A stretch of DNA of 64,000 nucleotides from Flavobacteriales bacterium (GCA_016717225.1 JADKGB010000003.1:142113-206112); one strand, 5' to 3'; shown: positions 20,549 through 31,708, numbered from the stretch's first letter. Made by a program: numbers and translations. Notes: a model not told the origin generated them from the letters alone.

Positions 20549-21238
20549 ATGCGCATCGACATTCTGACTGCCTTGCCGCGCCTTTTGGACAGCTACTTCA
20601 GCGAGAGCATACTGGAACGCGCCCAGAAGAAAGGCTTGGTTGAAGTTGTGGTCCATGACCTGCGTGATTTCAGCACGGACAAGCACAAGCGGCTGGATGA
20701 TTATGCCTTCGGGGGTGGCGCAGGAATGGTGATGACGATAGAGCCGATACACCGCTGTATCGAAAAATTGAAAGGGGAACGCGCCTACGACGAGGTCATC
20801 TACATGAGCCCGGACGGCGATCTGCTGGATCAACCCATGGCCAACCGCATGAGCAGTTTGAAGAACATCATTCTCCTTTGCGGGCACTACAAGGGCGTGG
20901 ATGAGCGTGTGCGACAACATTTGATCACCCGCGAGGTTTCCATTGGCAATTACGTGCTCAGTGGTGGCGAATTGCCCGCTGCGGTTCTGAGTGATTCTCT
21001 GATTCGCCTGCTGCCGGGCGTCCTTAACGATGAAACCAGTGCGCTTTCCGACAGTTTTCAGGACGGTCTGGTGGCACCGCCTGTTTATACCAGGCCTGCA
21101 GAATACAATGGCTGGGGAATTCCGGAAGTCCTGATGAGCGGACATGAGGCCAAGATCCACGCTTGGCGCCACGAACAGAGCGTTTTGCGCACCCAGGAAC
21201 GGCGGCCGGATCTGCTGGAATCGTTCGGAGATGGGTGA
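20549..21238 (+). CDS. trmD: tRNA (guanine37-N1)-methyltransferase
   Basis: [10 protein letters not shown]…, [19 protein letters not shown] and [14 protein letters not shown] form the SPOUT-knot TrmD signature. Confidence 0.9.
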   Translation: MRIDILTALPRLLDSYFSESILERAQKKGLVEVVVHDLRDFSTDKHKRLDDYAFGGGAGMVMTIEPIHRCIEKLKGERAYDEVIYMSPDGDLLDQPMANRMSSLKNIILLCGHYKGVDERVRQHLITREVSIGNYVLSGGELPAAVLSDSLIRLLPGVLNDETSALSDSFQDGLVAPPVYTRPAEYNGWGIPEVLMSGHEAKIHAWRHEQSVLRTQERRPDLLESFGDG

Positions 21239-21318
21239 TCCTGGTGCGACCAAGGCGATAATTCCCTAACATTGCGGCCCCAAATGCGGGACGTGTTCCC
21301 GTTAAACCGCTGAGCGCC

Positions 21319-21689
21319 ATGGACAAGATCAAGCAACTCGAGAAAGAATGGGCCCCTGTGAAGCAGTACGCTGACTTCAAAGCGGGCGATACCGTGACCA
21401 TACACTACAAGATCGTGGAGGGCGCCAAAGAGCGTATCCAACAGTTCCAAGGTGTGGTGATCCAGCGCAAAGGCAGTGGCAGCACCGCCACCTTCACCGT
21501 TCGTAAGATGAGCGGCGCTATTGGTGTGGAGCGTATTTTCCCGATCGCCTCGCCGTTCATCGACCAGATCGATGTGAACAAGCGCGGCCAAGTGAACCGC
21601 GCCCGCATTTCTCCTACTTGCGCAACCTGCGCGGCAAGAGTGCCCGCATCCAGGAGAAGCGCCAAGTGGTGGCCGCTGTGGCGAAGTAG
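21319..21689 (+). CDS. rplS: 50S ribosomal protein L19; contains an apparent 1-nt deletion in a T-run near 21608–21612
   Basis: MDKIKQLEKE…GDTVTIHYKIVEG…VERIFPIASPFIDQIDVNKRGQVNRARI, then after a −1 shift …FSYLRNLRGKSARIQEKRQVVAAVAK* ending TAG at 21687..21689. Track ORF 21319..21855 runs past the true stop out of frame. Confidence 0.85.
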
Positions 21690-21707
21690 TTCGCTGCTTT
21701 CAATTCC

Positions 21708-21731
21708 GAAGGCCCCAGCATTGGGGCCTTC
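21708..21731 (+). terminator. Intrinsic terminator hairpin after rplS
   Basis: gaaggcccca-gcat-tggggccttc is a perfect 10-bp GC-rich stem 19 nt after the rplS stop. Confidence 0.6.
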
Positions 21732-22323
21732 GTTCGCTCTGCCCTGGTTTTCAACTGAATTCTCGGGCAGCACTTGCACGAGGGACTTGTGGTGGAAGTT
21801 TGTACGGGTCGGATCCGGATCCGAACCAGCGAACATCAGCGCGAGCAGGTTTTAGGAGGAGGTCGCGATCGGCCCGGACACCCTGCGCGGGTACGGGGCC
21901 GAATTTTCGCGCCAACGCGAGGTCAGCAATCAGACCGGGGTCGGCAGAATTTCGCTTTACGAGATATGGTCCGACAACAGCGCCAGCAACTCCCGCAATT
22001 ACTGGTGACCACCCGCTGTCAGATTCAGTTGAGCATGGTCAGTGTGAACCCTAAAGACCCCAGAACGAATGCCCCACCTGCTCCGAAAATCCAAGCGCCA
22101 CAAGAACCACGGCTGTCTTGAATTTGTGTTCGGGCGCAACAAATGAACCAGCAGACAGTCAGCAAAGCTCTAAAGAATGGTGCAAAAATTCTTTCAGGAA
22201 GCTCGGGATACGGTGTGATAAATGGGGCTGTCGCCACCGCTCAACGTCCTATACAAAATCCAATGCATAGGAAAATCAACAAGCACTCCCGCAACTAGTG
22301 CGATTGGCAATACGCCTATCAAC

Positions 22324-25011
22324 TCAGCCAGTATTTGAATCCTCTGTCCATGTCCCAGTCCTACTGTACTTCGAGGACTCACCCACCAACTCCTTGTTCC
22401 TGTTCGGGATATCGTCCGTGTTGAAGGCCACCTTCTCATCCTCCTCCGCCAGCTTCAGCACGAGGGCGAGCCGCATCGGGCACCACATCGCTGCATAGCG
22501 TGAGGAAACTGCCGGGCTTGGCCGTGCTGGCCGCGTGGGATGGCTGCGTCCTCGCACGTTGATGATGTACGGCTTGTTGGGGTCGACCTCCTTGATGCCC
22601 TTCACCATGAGTGCGATGATCTCGTCGTCGGTTTTGCCGCGCAGGTTACGGTCCTGGCGGATGATGATCTCATCGAACATCTGCGCGCTGAGGCGGCCGA
22701 GGTTCACGGTATCTTCGTCGCGACGGTCTCCCACGCCGGCGATCACGCCCACCTTCGGGCTGTCGGGGATCTTGCTCAGGAAGTTTCCGAGGGCCTCGAA
22801 CCCGTGCGGGTTGTGGGCGTAATCCACCTGCGGAACTTCTTGATCTGGAACAAATTCAAGCGACCCGGTGTCTGCGCGGCTGATGGAACGAAGGTGGCGA
22901 GTGCTTCACGGAGTTCCTCGACTTTCACCCCTTGCACATAAGCGGCGAGTACTGCGGGCAAAACGTTCTGGATGTTGAAGACCGCTTTTCCACCGTAGGT
23001 CAGAGGCACGTTCACCGCTTTCTCGATGCGCAACTTCCATTCGCCTTTGCTGATTGTTATGAAGCCGTTCTCGTAGATCGCCGCCAAGCCACCGAGCTTG
23101 CAGTGCTGGCGGACCAAGCGGTTATTCTCATCGAGACTGAAGAGCGCGATCTTGCAATCCTTTTCTTAGCATGTGCATCACCAACTCATCGTCCGCGTTG
23201 AGGATCGCGCAACCGTCCCGTCGAACGCTTCGTGGAACAGTGCTCTTCACGTGGGCCAGTTCTTCCAGCGTGTGGATGTCCTTCAAGCCCAAGTGATCGG
23301 CAGCCGTTGGTAACAATGGCGACGTCGCAATGCTCGAAGCCAAGTCCACTGCGCACCAATCCACCGCGCGGTTTCCAGCACGGCCATAGTCACCACCGGC
23401 TCCTTCAACCAGGTTGCGCGCTGCTCCGGACCCGTGCAATCACCCGTCATCAACAAGCGGTTCATGATGTAAACGCCATCGCTGCACGTCATACCCACCT
23501 TATAGCCAACACTTCGCATCAAGTGCGACGTGAGCCGTGTTGTTGTTGTCTTTCCATTCGTACCGGTGACGGCAATAATGGGTATGCGGCTAGGAGTACC
23601 TGGCGGGAAAAGCATGTCCACCACAGGCTCAGCAACGTTGCGCCCAATTCCGCCGGTAGGATCCAAGTGCATCCGGAAGCCCGGGGCTGCGTTAACCTCC
23701 AATACAGCACCACCCCGATTCGTTGAGCGGAATGGTGATGTCGTCCGTCATGATGTCGATGCCGCAGATGTCCAGGTCGATGATGCGGCTGATGCGTTCG
23801 GCGAGGAACACGTTGAACGGATGCACCACTTCGGTGACGTCGTCCGCCGTGCCACCTGTGCTGAGGTTGGCGGTCGCTTTTAGATAGACCGTCTCCCCTT
23901 TTGCTGGAACGCTTTCTGGCGTCAGGCCTTTCAGTCCGTCGGCTTCAACGTGTGATCGTCGATGTCGATCCAAAGGTCAGCACGTTCTCATGCCCGTATC
24001 CACGGCGCGGACGTGTTCACTTCTTCGGCGAGGCGCAATGGTGCTCTTGCCATCACCCACAACACAGGCGGGGTGCGTTTCGCACCAGCGATAGAAGCGG
24101 TGATTGATGAGCAACCGATGATCGAGTCCTGTGATGTAACGCTCGAGCACTTCGGCTGATCTCCTTCGCTTTCGCCAACGCGACTTTCGCTTCTTCAGAC
24201 TTTTGATGCCAATAGTGGCACCGCGTCCGTGGTTTCCTCCGCTGGGTTTGATCGCTTTGGAAATCCAACGGAATCCAAAGCAGCTTCCAACCCTTCTTCG
24301 CTGCGCACCACACGACCCTTGGGCACGGGGATCTCGTAGCTCTCAAGCAATTGCTTGGTCTCCTCCTTGTCGCAAGCGATCTCGACACCGATGTTGCTTG
24401 TCTTGCTGGTAATCGTTGCACGGATCCTTTTCTGGTGGATACCGTGACCGAGCTGCACCAAGCTCTGCCCGTTCAAACGCAAATAAGAATTCCACGGGCC
24501 ACCGCTTCGTGAACAATGCTGCCAGTGCTGGGCCGAGACGCGACTCTTCGCGTAGTTCGCGCATTTTGGAGATGCGTCCGCCGGGTCGAATTTCGCGCCG
24601 CTGATCAACGCCTCGGCTATTCGAACCGATGCCTTCGCCGCATACATGCCAACGGGCTCTTCGATGTAGCTGAACACAACGTTGTAAACACCGTTCTCAC
24701 GCGTACTGCGTGTGCGACCGAAACCTGTTTCCATGCCCGCGAGCGTCTGGATCTCCAGGGCGATGTGTTCGATCACGTGGCCCATCCACGTTCCGCGTTT
24801 CACGCGCTCGAAGAAGCCACCTTCATGGTCTTCGCTGCAACGATGGCTGTACATGCTCGGCAACAGGAGGTGATCGCTCATAGAAACCGGATGATTGTCG
24901 GTAGGCTTTTGCTCCAGATGCTCGATGTGTCGAGGCGCATAACGATGAGGTTGTGCCGTTTTACAGACCAATAATTGGGGCCACGCATGGCCTTTAATTC
25001 GAGATGCGCAT
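22324..25011 (-). pseudogene. cphA: Cyanophycin synthetase (ATP-grasp plus Mur-ligase domains), broken into at least 6 frame fragments
   Basis: Minus-strand fragments read in order: (M)RI-LELKAMRGPNYWSVKRHNLIVMRLD; HRCSEDHEGGFFERVKRGTWMGHVIEHIALEIQTLAGMETGFGRTRST; ATP-grasp GETVYLKATANLSTGG; Mur-ligase P-loop IIAVTGTNGKTTTTRL; DYAHNPHGFEALGNFL. Track ORFs 24878..25162, 24195..25073, 23692..23973, 23283..23702, 23128..23439, 22776..23117 and 22324..22827 sit in different frames. Confidence 0.8.
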
Positions 25012-25238
25012 GGAATGAACGTTTTTGTTCGGCGTGGAAGATAGTGGTACCCGGGTATGCTGACGACAGCCAATACCCCGCAAGCCTCAAGCTGCTAGCT
25101 TCGAGCTGTGCGGTGTTGTATGGAAAACCCTGTTGATGAACCCTTGCGCACGTTGGTTCCACTTCGCAGGATCCCTCTACTTTCGCAGAGCCATACCCAA
25201 TTGGTGGGCAACCGGGGTGGGGGGACTAACGACCAAGC

Positions 25239-26103
25239 ATGATCCCAAAAGGCAAGCTCATCGCAATAGGCGGTAACGAGGACAAGGGCATCGAACCCGG
25301 AAGGTGGCCATAATGCCAGGTCTTCCAGCAGCGTTCATCGAAGAAGGCATTCTGAAACGTGTTGTTGATGAGATCGGCGGTACTGGTAGTCGCTTGGCCG
25401 TAATGACCAGCGCAGCAGCATTCCGGAAAAGTGGGCAACAATTACATCGAGGCGTTCAGGCGCCTTGGCCTTAACAACGTGGATGTGCTTGATATTCGCG
25501 ACCGGAGCCGTAAAGCCCGATGCGATCGAGCGCTTGGCCAAGGCCGATGGTGTTATGATGAGCGGGGGAAACCAACTGCGCTTAACGACGATCTTCGGGG
25601 GCACGGCCTTTTTGGAGCTGATGAAACGCCGGTACCACGAAGAAGAAGGCTTTGTGATCGCTGGCACGAGCGCCGGTGCCATGTGCATGAGCAGCACCAT
25701 GATCTACCAGGGCCATAGCTCCTCGGGTCTGGTAAAGGGTGGTGTAAAAATGACCACTGGCGCTTCTCTGATCCAAGATGTGATCATCGACAGTCATTTT
25801 GTGGAGCGCGGTCGCTTCAGTCGGTTGAGCCAAGCCGTTGCGAGCAATCCGAACGCGATCGGTATCGGCTTGGGTGAAGACACGGGTGTAGTGATCACGG
25901 ACGCCGATATGTGTGAGACCATTGGCAGCGGCCAGGTGATGATCTTCGACGGACACGATATCAGCTACAGCGATTACGCCGACGTGGAAGAAGGTGAGCC
26001 TTTCAGCATCGAAGGCATGAAGGTCCATATCATTTCCAAGGGCCACAGCTATTCCGTGAAGCAGCGGGCGTTCTCTGCGGTGCGGGTGCCTGTTCGCGGC
26101 TGA
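25239..26103 (+). pseudogene. cphB: Cyanophycinase (peptidase S51), with at least 3 apparent frameshifts in the first 300 nt
   Basis: ATG at 25239 gives MIPKGKLIAIGGNEDKGIEP, then a stop. Other frames give …ILKRVVDEIGGTGSRLAVMTSAAAF-PEKVGNNYIEAFRRLGLNNVDVLDIRDRS, then …GVMMSGGNQLRLTTIFGGTAF…IAGTSAGAMCMSSTMIYQG (Ser nucleophile in GTSAG). Confidence 0.75.
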
Positions 26104-26129
26104 ACCTCCTTTCTCCATATTTTAGCTGC

Positions 26130-26618
26130 ATGCGTGCGGCTTGGATCTTTTTCGTACTCCTGTTGCTTCTGGCTTTCTCGCCGAAAAAGGACCAACATCC
26201 GGAACACTTCGTATTCGACCATGAGCACGCTTTTTCCGCGGATGAAGTGGCTCGGCTCGATACACTCTTTCGCGGCCACGAGTTCCGCACAACGAACGAG
26301 ATCGCCTTGGTAACCACAACATCGTACCACGGCCAACCGGACTTGCGTTCGTTCGCGGCCACTTGCGGTGATTCGCTCGGGGTGGGCAAGAAGCACAAGA
26401 ACAATGGGGTGATCATCGTCTTCAGCAAGAAGCTTCGTGAGGTGTTCATTGCCACTGGCCTCGGTACCGAACAGGTAATGTCCGATGCCCGATGTCAAGG
26501 CTTTATTGATAGCCTGATGATCCCGCTGTTCAAAGAAGACATGTACTTTGATGGGGTCTGGGCGGGTAGTTGTGCCATAGTCAACCACTTGGAACTACCT
26601 GGGAACGAGATCCGCTAG
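26130..26618 (+). CDS. TPM-domain protein (TLP18.3/Psb32/MOLO-1 phosphatase-like), signal-anchored
   Basis: MRAAWIFFVLLLLLAFS…FSADEVARLDTL…NEIALVTTTSYHGQ…KNNGVIIVFSKKLREVFIATGLG follows the TPM-domain layout. Confidence 0.55.
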   Translation: MRAAWIFFVLLLLLAFSPKKDQHPEHFVFDHEHAFSADEVARLDTLFRGHEFRTTNEIALVTTTSYHGQPDLRSFAATCGDSLGVGKKHKNNGVIIVFSKKLREVFIATGLGTEQVMSDARCQGFIDSLMIPLFKEDMYFDGVWAGSCAIVNHLELPGNEIR

Positions 26619-26691
26619 GTTCTGAAAACATCCATTCGTTCGTACCGCTGCTTCCACTTTCTTTGCGCCGCCGAATCCAAGGCATCCACAC

Positions 26692-26857
26692 CATGTCGAC
26701 CAAGGACACCTACACCCCCCATCCGAACTCCGCTCTCTTGCCCTTTTACGCCATGTCCCTCTTCGCACTGATGCGCTGCATCGTGATGTGGCGCTCTTAC
26801 AAGTTCTCTGAAGCCTCCCCGGACGCAACCAACGTAGAGGTCGCTCCCGCCAAATAA
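26692..26857 (+). CDS. Small hypothetical membrane peptide of about 54 aa
   Basis: MSTKDTYTPHPNSALLPFYAMSLFALMRCIVMWRSYKF… has one hydrophobic segment. Support is weak. Confidence 0.2.
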
Positions 26858-26942
26858 AGGCACGTTCGCCGTATTGACCGGTGCCGAGGTGACGAAGTTG
26901 AGTCGCGCGTAAACGCGCGGTAACCTCCAAAAGACTTTTGTG

Positions 26943-26971
26943 GAACGCCCCGAATTTCCATCGGGGCGTTC
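26943..26971. terminator. Perfect 11-bp inverted repeat between convergent genes; candidate bidirectional terminator
   Basis: ggaacgccccga-atttcca-tcggggcgttc lies 6 nt before the nth stop on the minus strand and about 85 nt after the plus-strand ORFs. Confidence 0.55.
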
Positions 26972-26977
26972 GTGTTT

Positions 26978-27613
26978 CTACCCGAACAACTCCTTCCTCC
27001 CGATCAACGAGCAGATCGGGCATTTCCGCGGATCATGCGCTTTCGCAGGGCAATGTTCGCGTCCGAAGAAAATGATGCGCAAATGCAACGCGTTCCACGT
27101 GTCCTCAGGAAAAAGCTTCTTCAAGTCGGCCTCGGTCTGTTCCACGCTTTTTCCCGTACTCAAAGTCCAGCGATAAGCGAGCCGGTGAATGTGGGTATCC
27201 ACCGGGAAGGCTGGGAAACCGAATGCTTGTGACATAACGACACTAGCCGTCTTGTGCCCTACGGATGGCAATGCTTCCAATGCGGCGAAGGTCTGTGGCA
27301 CCTTCCCTCCGTGCTCATCCAGAATGATCCGCGAAAGGCCGTGGATCCACGCACTCTTCATCGGTGAAAGCCCGCAAGGCCGGATGATGTCCTGGATCTC
27401 CTCTACGCTCAGCTTCACCATCTGTTGCGGTGTGCGCGCCTTGGCGAAGAGCAGCGGTGTGATCTCGTTCACCTTTTTATCAGTGCACTGGGCGCTGAGG
27501 ACCACGGCGACGAGCAGAGTGAACGGATCCTCGTGGTCGAGCGGGATGGTCGTGCGCGGGTAGAGCTCCGCCAGTTTCGCGGCGGCGAAGGCGGCTTTCT
27601 CGGGGCGGGTCAT
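26978..27613 (-). CDS. nth: Endonuclease III (DNA glycosylase/AP lyase)
   Basis: MTRPEKAAFAAAKLAELYP…LLVAVVLSAQCTDKKVN…LPSVGHKTASVVMSQAFG… has the helix-hairpin-helix–GPD motif. The C-terminal CPAKAHDPRKCPIC is the four-Cys [4Fe-4S] loop. The upstream 30-aa track extension is dropped. Confidence 0.85.
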   Translation of the reverse strand: MTRPEKAAFAAAKLAELYPRTTIPLDHEDPFTLLVAVVLSAQCTDKKVNEITPLLFAKARTPQQMVKLSVEEIQDIIRPCGLSPMKSAWIHGLSRIILDEHGGKVPQTFAALEALPSVGHKTASVVMSQAFGFPAFPVDTHIHRLAYRWTLSTGKSVEQTEADLKKLFPEDTWNALHLRIIFFGREHCPAKAHDPRKCPICSLIGRKELFG

Positions 27614-28245
27614 TGTCCTCCCGATCCGATGATCCTTCGCATCTCGCGGCCATTCATGTCCATGATATCGTTTGTTATTACCCAGGACTGACTTCCTTTC
27701 CACGCCCTTACAGTGCTCGCAAGTCGATAGCTGGGTGCGATGGAACGGAGCTTGGCCAACTGGGTCGTCACGAGACCCTCGTTCCTCTTGAACAAGTACA
27801 TGGGCATGGCGATGATCAGCCCATTCTTGAGTCCCTCAAAACCCGTATCCCCGAAGACCTTGACAAATATTTCCGGGGTGCGCCCTGTTCTTAGCCAGCT
27901 GTTCCAATCAGGAGCCCAGACCTCCGTATCAAAGAACTGAACTTCGCCTTGCCCGTTGGGTTCCTCAAGGTACTTCGTGGTCCATCGCTTGTTGCTTTCT
28001 TCATTCCATGGCATGCGACCGAAACCGAGCCACCCGTTCTTGTGTTCGTAGGCCTGTAAACTCCGTATGTACGCCTTTTCAGTAGTGATAGACAATAGCG
28101 ATGTGATCATCGGCATCATCTCCTTCCAGTTGTCCCATGCGTAGATGCGGATCGGATTCGAGGAATGCATCACCCACACCTTATAACTCCCGCGCAGGCG
28201 CCAAATGAAAACGGTCAGCCAGTTGATCAGTACGCGCCACCTCAT
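27610..28245 (-). CDS. Hypothetical Trp-rich protein with no signal peptide
   Basis: 211 aa containing WDNWKEMMPMI, GWLGFGRMPWNEE and FFDTEVWAPDWNSW. I recognise no family. Its stop overlaps the nth start by ATGA. Confidence 0.5.
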   Translation of the reverse strand: MRWRVLINWLTVFIWRLRGSYKVWVMHSSNPIRIYAWDNWKEMMPMITSLLSITTEKAYIRSLQAYEHKNGWLGFGRMPWNEESNKRWTTKYLEEPNGQGEVQFFDTEVWAPDWNSWLRTGRTPEIFVKVFGDTGFEGLKNGLIIAMPMYLFKRNEGLVTTQLAKLRSIAPSYRLASTVRAWKGSQSWVITNDIMDMNGREMRRIIGSGGQ

Positions 28246-28482
28246 GGCTCGGATCTGTGCTCAGCTAAGTACAACTACCACGTGAACGTATGCGGCCCCG
28301 AGCCCCGAACAAAGGTGTGAGACCGCGCGGGCATCTTCTCCCCTTCCACATGCACCAGGTTTTGCTGGTCGCCGAAGACATCCATCAGGAGCGTGTTCTG
28401 CAAGGTCGGGTCGATCGGCGACGCGAAGAGCTCAGGTGATCACAAAGTTCACCTCAATTCCTCCGCTCCCCAATGCGGATCA

Positions 28483-30188
28483 TTACCGCAGCACTGTGAT
28501 CGTTCCGGTTCGTTGTTGATCGATCGTGATACCGCATTCGGAGCTGTATGAAACGGTATAGAAATACACTCCTTGCGCTACATCACTGGCATTCCAACTC
28601 CGCTGACCGCCGTCCACTGAATCATGGATCACAAGGCCCCATCGATCATAAACGGTGAGACTGTAGCGATCGAACAAAGAGGTAATGTCCAAATCAGGAT
28701 AGCCTGGCAGGAAGGGTTTCCAAAAATCATTCTTGCCATCCCCATTCGCCGAAACGACATTGGGGAAGATCAGCGTGCTCAGATCAATTTCCGATGTGGT
28801 GGATGCAAAAATCTCCACGGAAGCGACATCAGAACAACCGGTTCGAGGATCCGTAACCTCCAAGACATAAGTACCAGGAATGGTTACTTGTGGCGAGGCA
28901 TTCGAACTGAAGGAGCTGTCGATGCCATCTGGTGTTATTGCTGTCCACGAGTACTGCACAACCTGAGGCGGCTGCACATCCACACCTTGGATCACCACAT
29001 AGGGAGTCGCACAGGAAATGGAATCCTGCAACTGTGCTATGCTCAATGCCAGCAGATGGTCCGGGATCTCCACTTCAACGGTCAGCTCACAACTTCCTGC
29101 GTCCGTGACGGTCAACGTATAAACATCCGCATTCAGGCCCGTGGCCGAACCGTTGGAGATCGGCACTCCATCCAATGCGAATTGCACGGGTGGCGCCCCT
29201 CCACCAACGTAGGTGGCTTGGATCGAGCCGTTCACACCGTTGCAGGCATCGATAATATCCACGCTATAAGCAAGGGAGGGATCAATGGTGACAAGCAGCG
29301 TGGTCTCCAGAACGATATTGCCGCAGATGTCCTCCACATTGCCCGAAATATTCGTGATCACCAATGTGTAGATGCCCGGCTCCAGCAGACTCGCACCAAG
29401 ATCGATCGGTATCCCGTCTGAGCGAAGGCCATGGAATTGTCCGGTGTCACATTGATGAAGTTGAAGACCTCGCCGGAGGGAGAAGTAATGGTGATGTCCG
29501 CGGGTTCCACGGTCGATGTCACGATCTGCTCGCTGAATTCCAGATGGAACGACTGGTTCCCACAATTCGCAACGACTTCCACCGGAACAGGTGGTGTTTG
29601 GTCATACAAGGAGGCCGTGCTTTGGGTGAAGTCGATGGTATATCCGTCCGGGCTGCCGGTCCAATTCATCACAACAAGCGCATAAGTCTGCCCGACTTGC
29701 ACAGCGAGATCCGCGTTGAACGGCGGACCGTTCGTATCGCCAGGGCCGTTGGATGTTCCCGTACCACCGTTTCCGGAGGAGATGCCGGTGGGTCCGTTCG
29801 CGTTCGCGAGAGAGCCGTAAGAGTTGCAGTTGACCTCGGGCGATGATCCGTCCTGGGCGTTGATCCCTGCACAACCTCCGTTGGTGATGTTGAAGAGCCC
29901 CCAATCATAATCGTCCAGGTCGTTCGCTGGGTCCAACACGAAATTGAGGTCACCGGATTGCTGCACAGTGAACGTATACCAAAGGCTCATGGTCTCCGCG
30001 TTCGCATTGCAGACACCGGTGAACTCGTAGACGTTCCCAGTGCCAGGTGGTGCCGAGATCTCCGTGAAGACCCCACCACACAGCTGTATGGCCCCATCGC
30101 AATCACTTGTGCTTGGTTGAGCGAATACCCTGCTCGATAGCAGAACACTCAAAATGGCAATGTTCCTGACGCTGCTTCCCATGTTCAT
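28483..30188 (-). CDS. T9SS cargo protein with a type-B C-terminal sorting domain; one apparent frameshift near 29415–29440
   Basis: Signal peptide MNMGSSVRNIAILSVLLSSRVFAQ. A Gly/Asn/Thr-rich linker is followed by Ig-like modules and then the C-terminus LIFPNVVSANGDGKNDFW…YDRWG…YFYTV. Track ORFs 29358..30530 and 28483..29565 join at …TPDNSMAF | DGIPIDLGASLLEPG…. Confidence 0.7.
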
Positions 30189-30433
30189 GAAATAAGTTCG
30201 ATCATACAGTAGACCTGCGGCTTGGAAAAATGGTTGTCCGATGATCGATGGCAGATCGGTTGTTAATTCCGTAACAACATGTTCATTTCCAGTAGTTCTA
30301 TGATGGATGTGAACAGCTGTTTTCAGCGCTGAAAGGTAGATCTCGTTCCCTTGATGCCCGCATTGGCCTATGAACCTCGATCGATCACCAGCCCTCCTGC
30401 ACGGAAAGCTCAAAGGCACTTGGGTGATGGAGA

Positions 30434-31162
30434 CTAGCGCACCCTCACCAGCGGAACCTTGCACAGCCCTCCGATCTTCTCGATATGCTGGTAGTCCACA
30501 GGATTCGGCCAGCGACCTCCCCAGGTCCAACCGCGTTGGCCCAAAAGCTTCAAGAAGTTGCCCCGTTTCAAAGTGCCCGGTTGCTTGGGGTCGTAACGGC
30601 CATTACTGGGTTTCACCATCGTACCACGGGAACTTTTACGCACGAATGGATTGAGCAAGGGGTTTATGTCTATGGCAGTGCCTTGGGCATGTTTCGAAGG
30701 TGCCCCAGAGGTGGGTTTTCGGCGGTAGTTGAACGCAGAGGTGTTGTTGCTGGCCATCGAGCCAGTATCGTTCCAGCCGGTTGAATCGGAATTGAAACCA
30801 TACCGGTTAATGGGGATCACCTTGGCGATGGGGAACGTGTCTCGCCGCAATCCTTCGAAGATCACTTTCACATCTTCCACCACACAGGCATGTACAAGCA
30901 GGATGCCTGAACAAAGGTTCTTCTTGTCCACCATCGTGCAGGCGTCATCAACAAAGGAGTAATACGTCACTTCGACCGGCACCAAATTGTCACGGACCCG
31001 CTTCTCCATGGGACCAAGTTTTCGCTCGATAATGCTGAGGTCGTGGGCGAGCCCGACGGTATCCGAATAGCTGCTATGGTGCTTTTGGCAGTAGCATCCG
31101 ATCGCATGGCCCACCATCGACAACAGCACCCATACGCGCAACTCGCCAGCGCAACGGTTCAT
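30434..31162 (-). CDS. Peptidase M15-family zinc D-Ala-D-Ala carboxypeptidase / VanY-like
   Basis: SKHAQGTAIDINP matches the SxHxxGxAxD zinc motif. The C-terminal WTWGGRWPNPVDYQHIE matches WGGDW…D..HFE. Confidence 0.7.
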   Translation of the reverse strand: MNRCAGELRVWVLLSMVGHAIGCYCQKHHSSYSDTVGLAHDLSIIERKLGPMEKRVRDNLVPVEVTYYSFVDDACTMVDKKNLCSGILLVHACVVEDVKVIFEGLRRDTFPIAKVIPINRYGFNSDSTGWNDTGSMASNNTSAFNYRRKPTSGAPSKHAQGTAIDINPLLNPFVRKSSRGTMVKPSNGRYDPKQPGTLKRGNFLKLLGQRGWTWGGRWPNPVDYQHIEKIGGLCKVPLVRVR

Positions 31163-31605
31163 TTCCAACTGAACGTGAAACTCGATGAACCGAGCGTGAA
31201 GTGTTGGGTGAGCGTGCGCCCGTCAGCTTCCAGATGTACGATGTTATCCTGCTCCGCGAAAACATCCTGCATCAAACTGTTGGATACGGACAAGTCATTC
31301 GCTGAAGACACTCCTTCCACCTGCAAGTAGCAGAACAAGTTCTCCCCTTCCAATTCCTTTCCGATCCATTTCCAACGGACCTCCTTATCCTCCTGAAAAA
31401 GATGCAGGCGCTCATTGAAATACGCGTTCAACAAGCTATCCGCTTTCGGGCATTCCCTTTCCGATCCAAGCTTCAATTCGGCGATCGATGCCAACGCATG
31501 CTCCACATCGTGCGCCGTCATCTGCCAAGTAAGATCGAGGCTCTGTTCCCGTGCTATTGTGACGAATAGTGAGAATAGAAACGAAGAAGTCGTGGGGCGC
31601 CGCAA
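31159..31605 (-). CDS. Hypothetical secreted protein
   Basis: Signal-like MRRPTTSSFLFSLFVTIA. Overlaps the M15 gene start by a few nucleotides. No recognised motif. Confidence 0.45.
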   Translation of the reverse strand: MRRPTTSSFLFSLFVTIAREQSLDLTWQMTAHDVEHALASIAELKLGSERECPKADSLLNAYFNERLHLFQEDKEVRWKWIGKELEGENLFCYLQVEGVSSANDLSVSNSLMQDVFAEQDNIVHLEADGRTLTQHFTLGSSSFTFSWK

Positions 31606-31708
31606 CCGACAATAGGCCTAGGGAAAGAAGCGCCGTCTTCATGGTCCACAAAGGTGGGCAACCGGAAGCGAGTTTCGATAACCGCTGGTTGCTCCTAATT
31701 TCGCCATC

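Noticed and set aside
22025-22439. Small minus-strand ORFs (70 and 81 aa) between rplS and cphA
   Set aside because: They have no signal or motif support and inconsistent hydrophobicity, and may be random ORFs. They are kept only as a flagged region in the findings.
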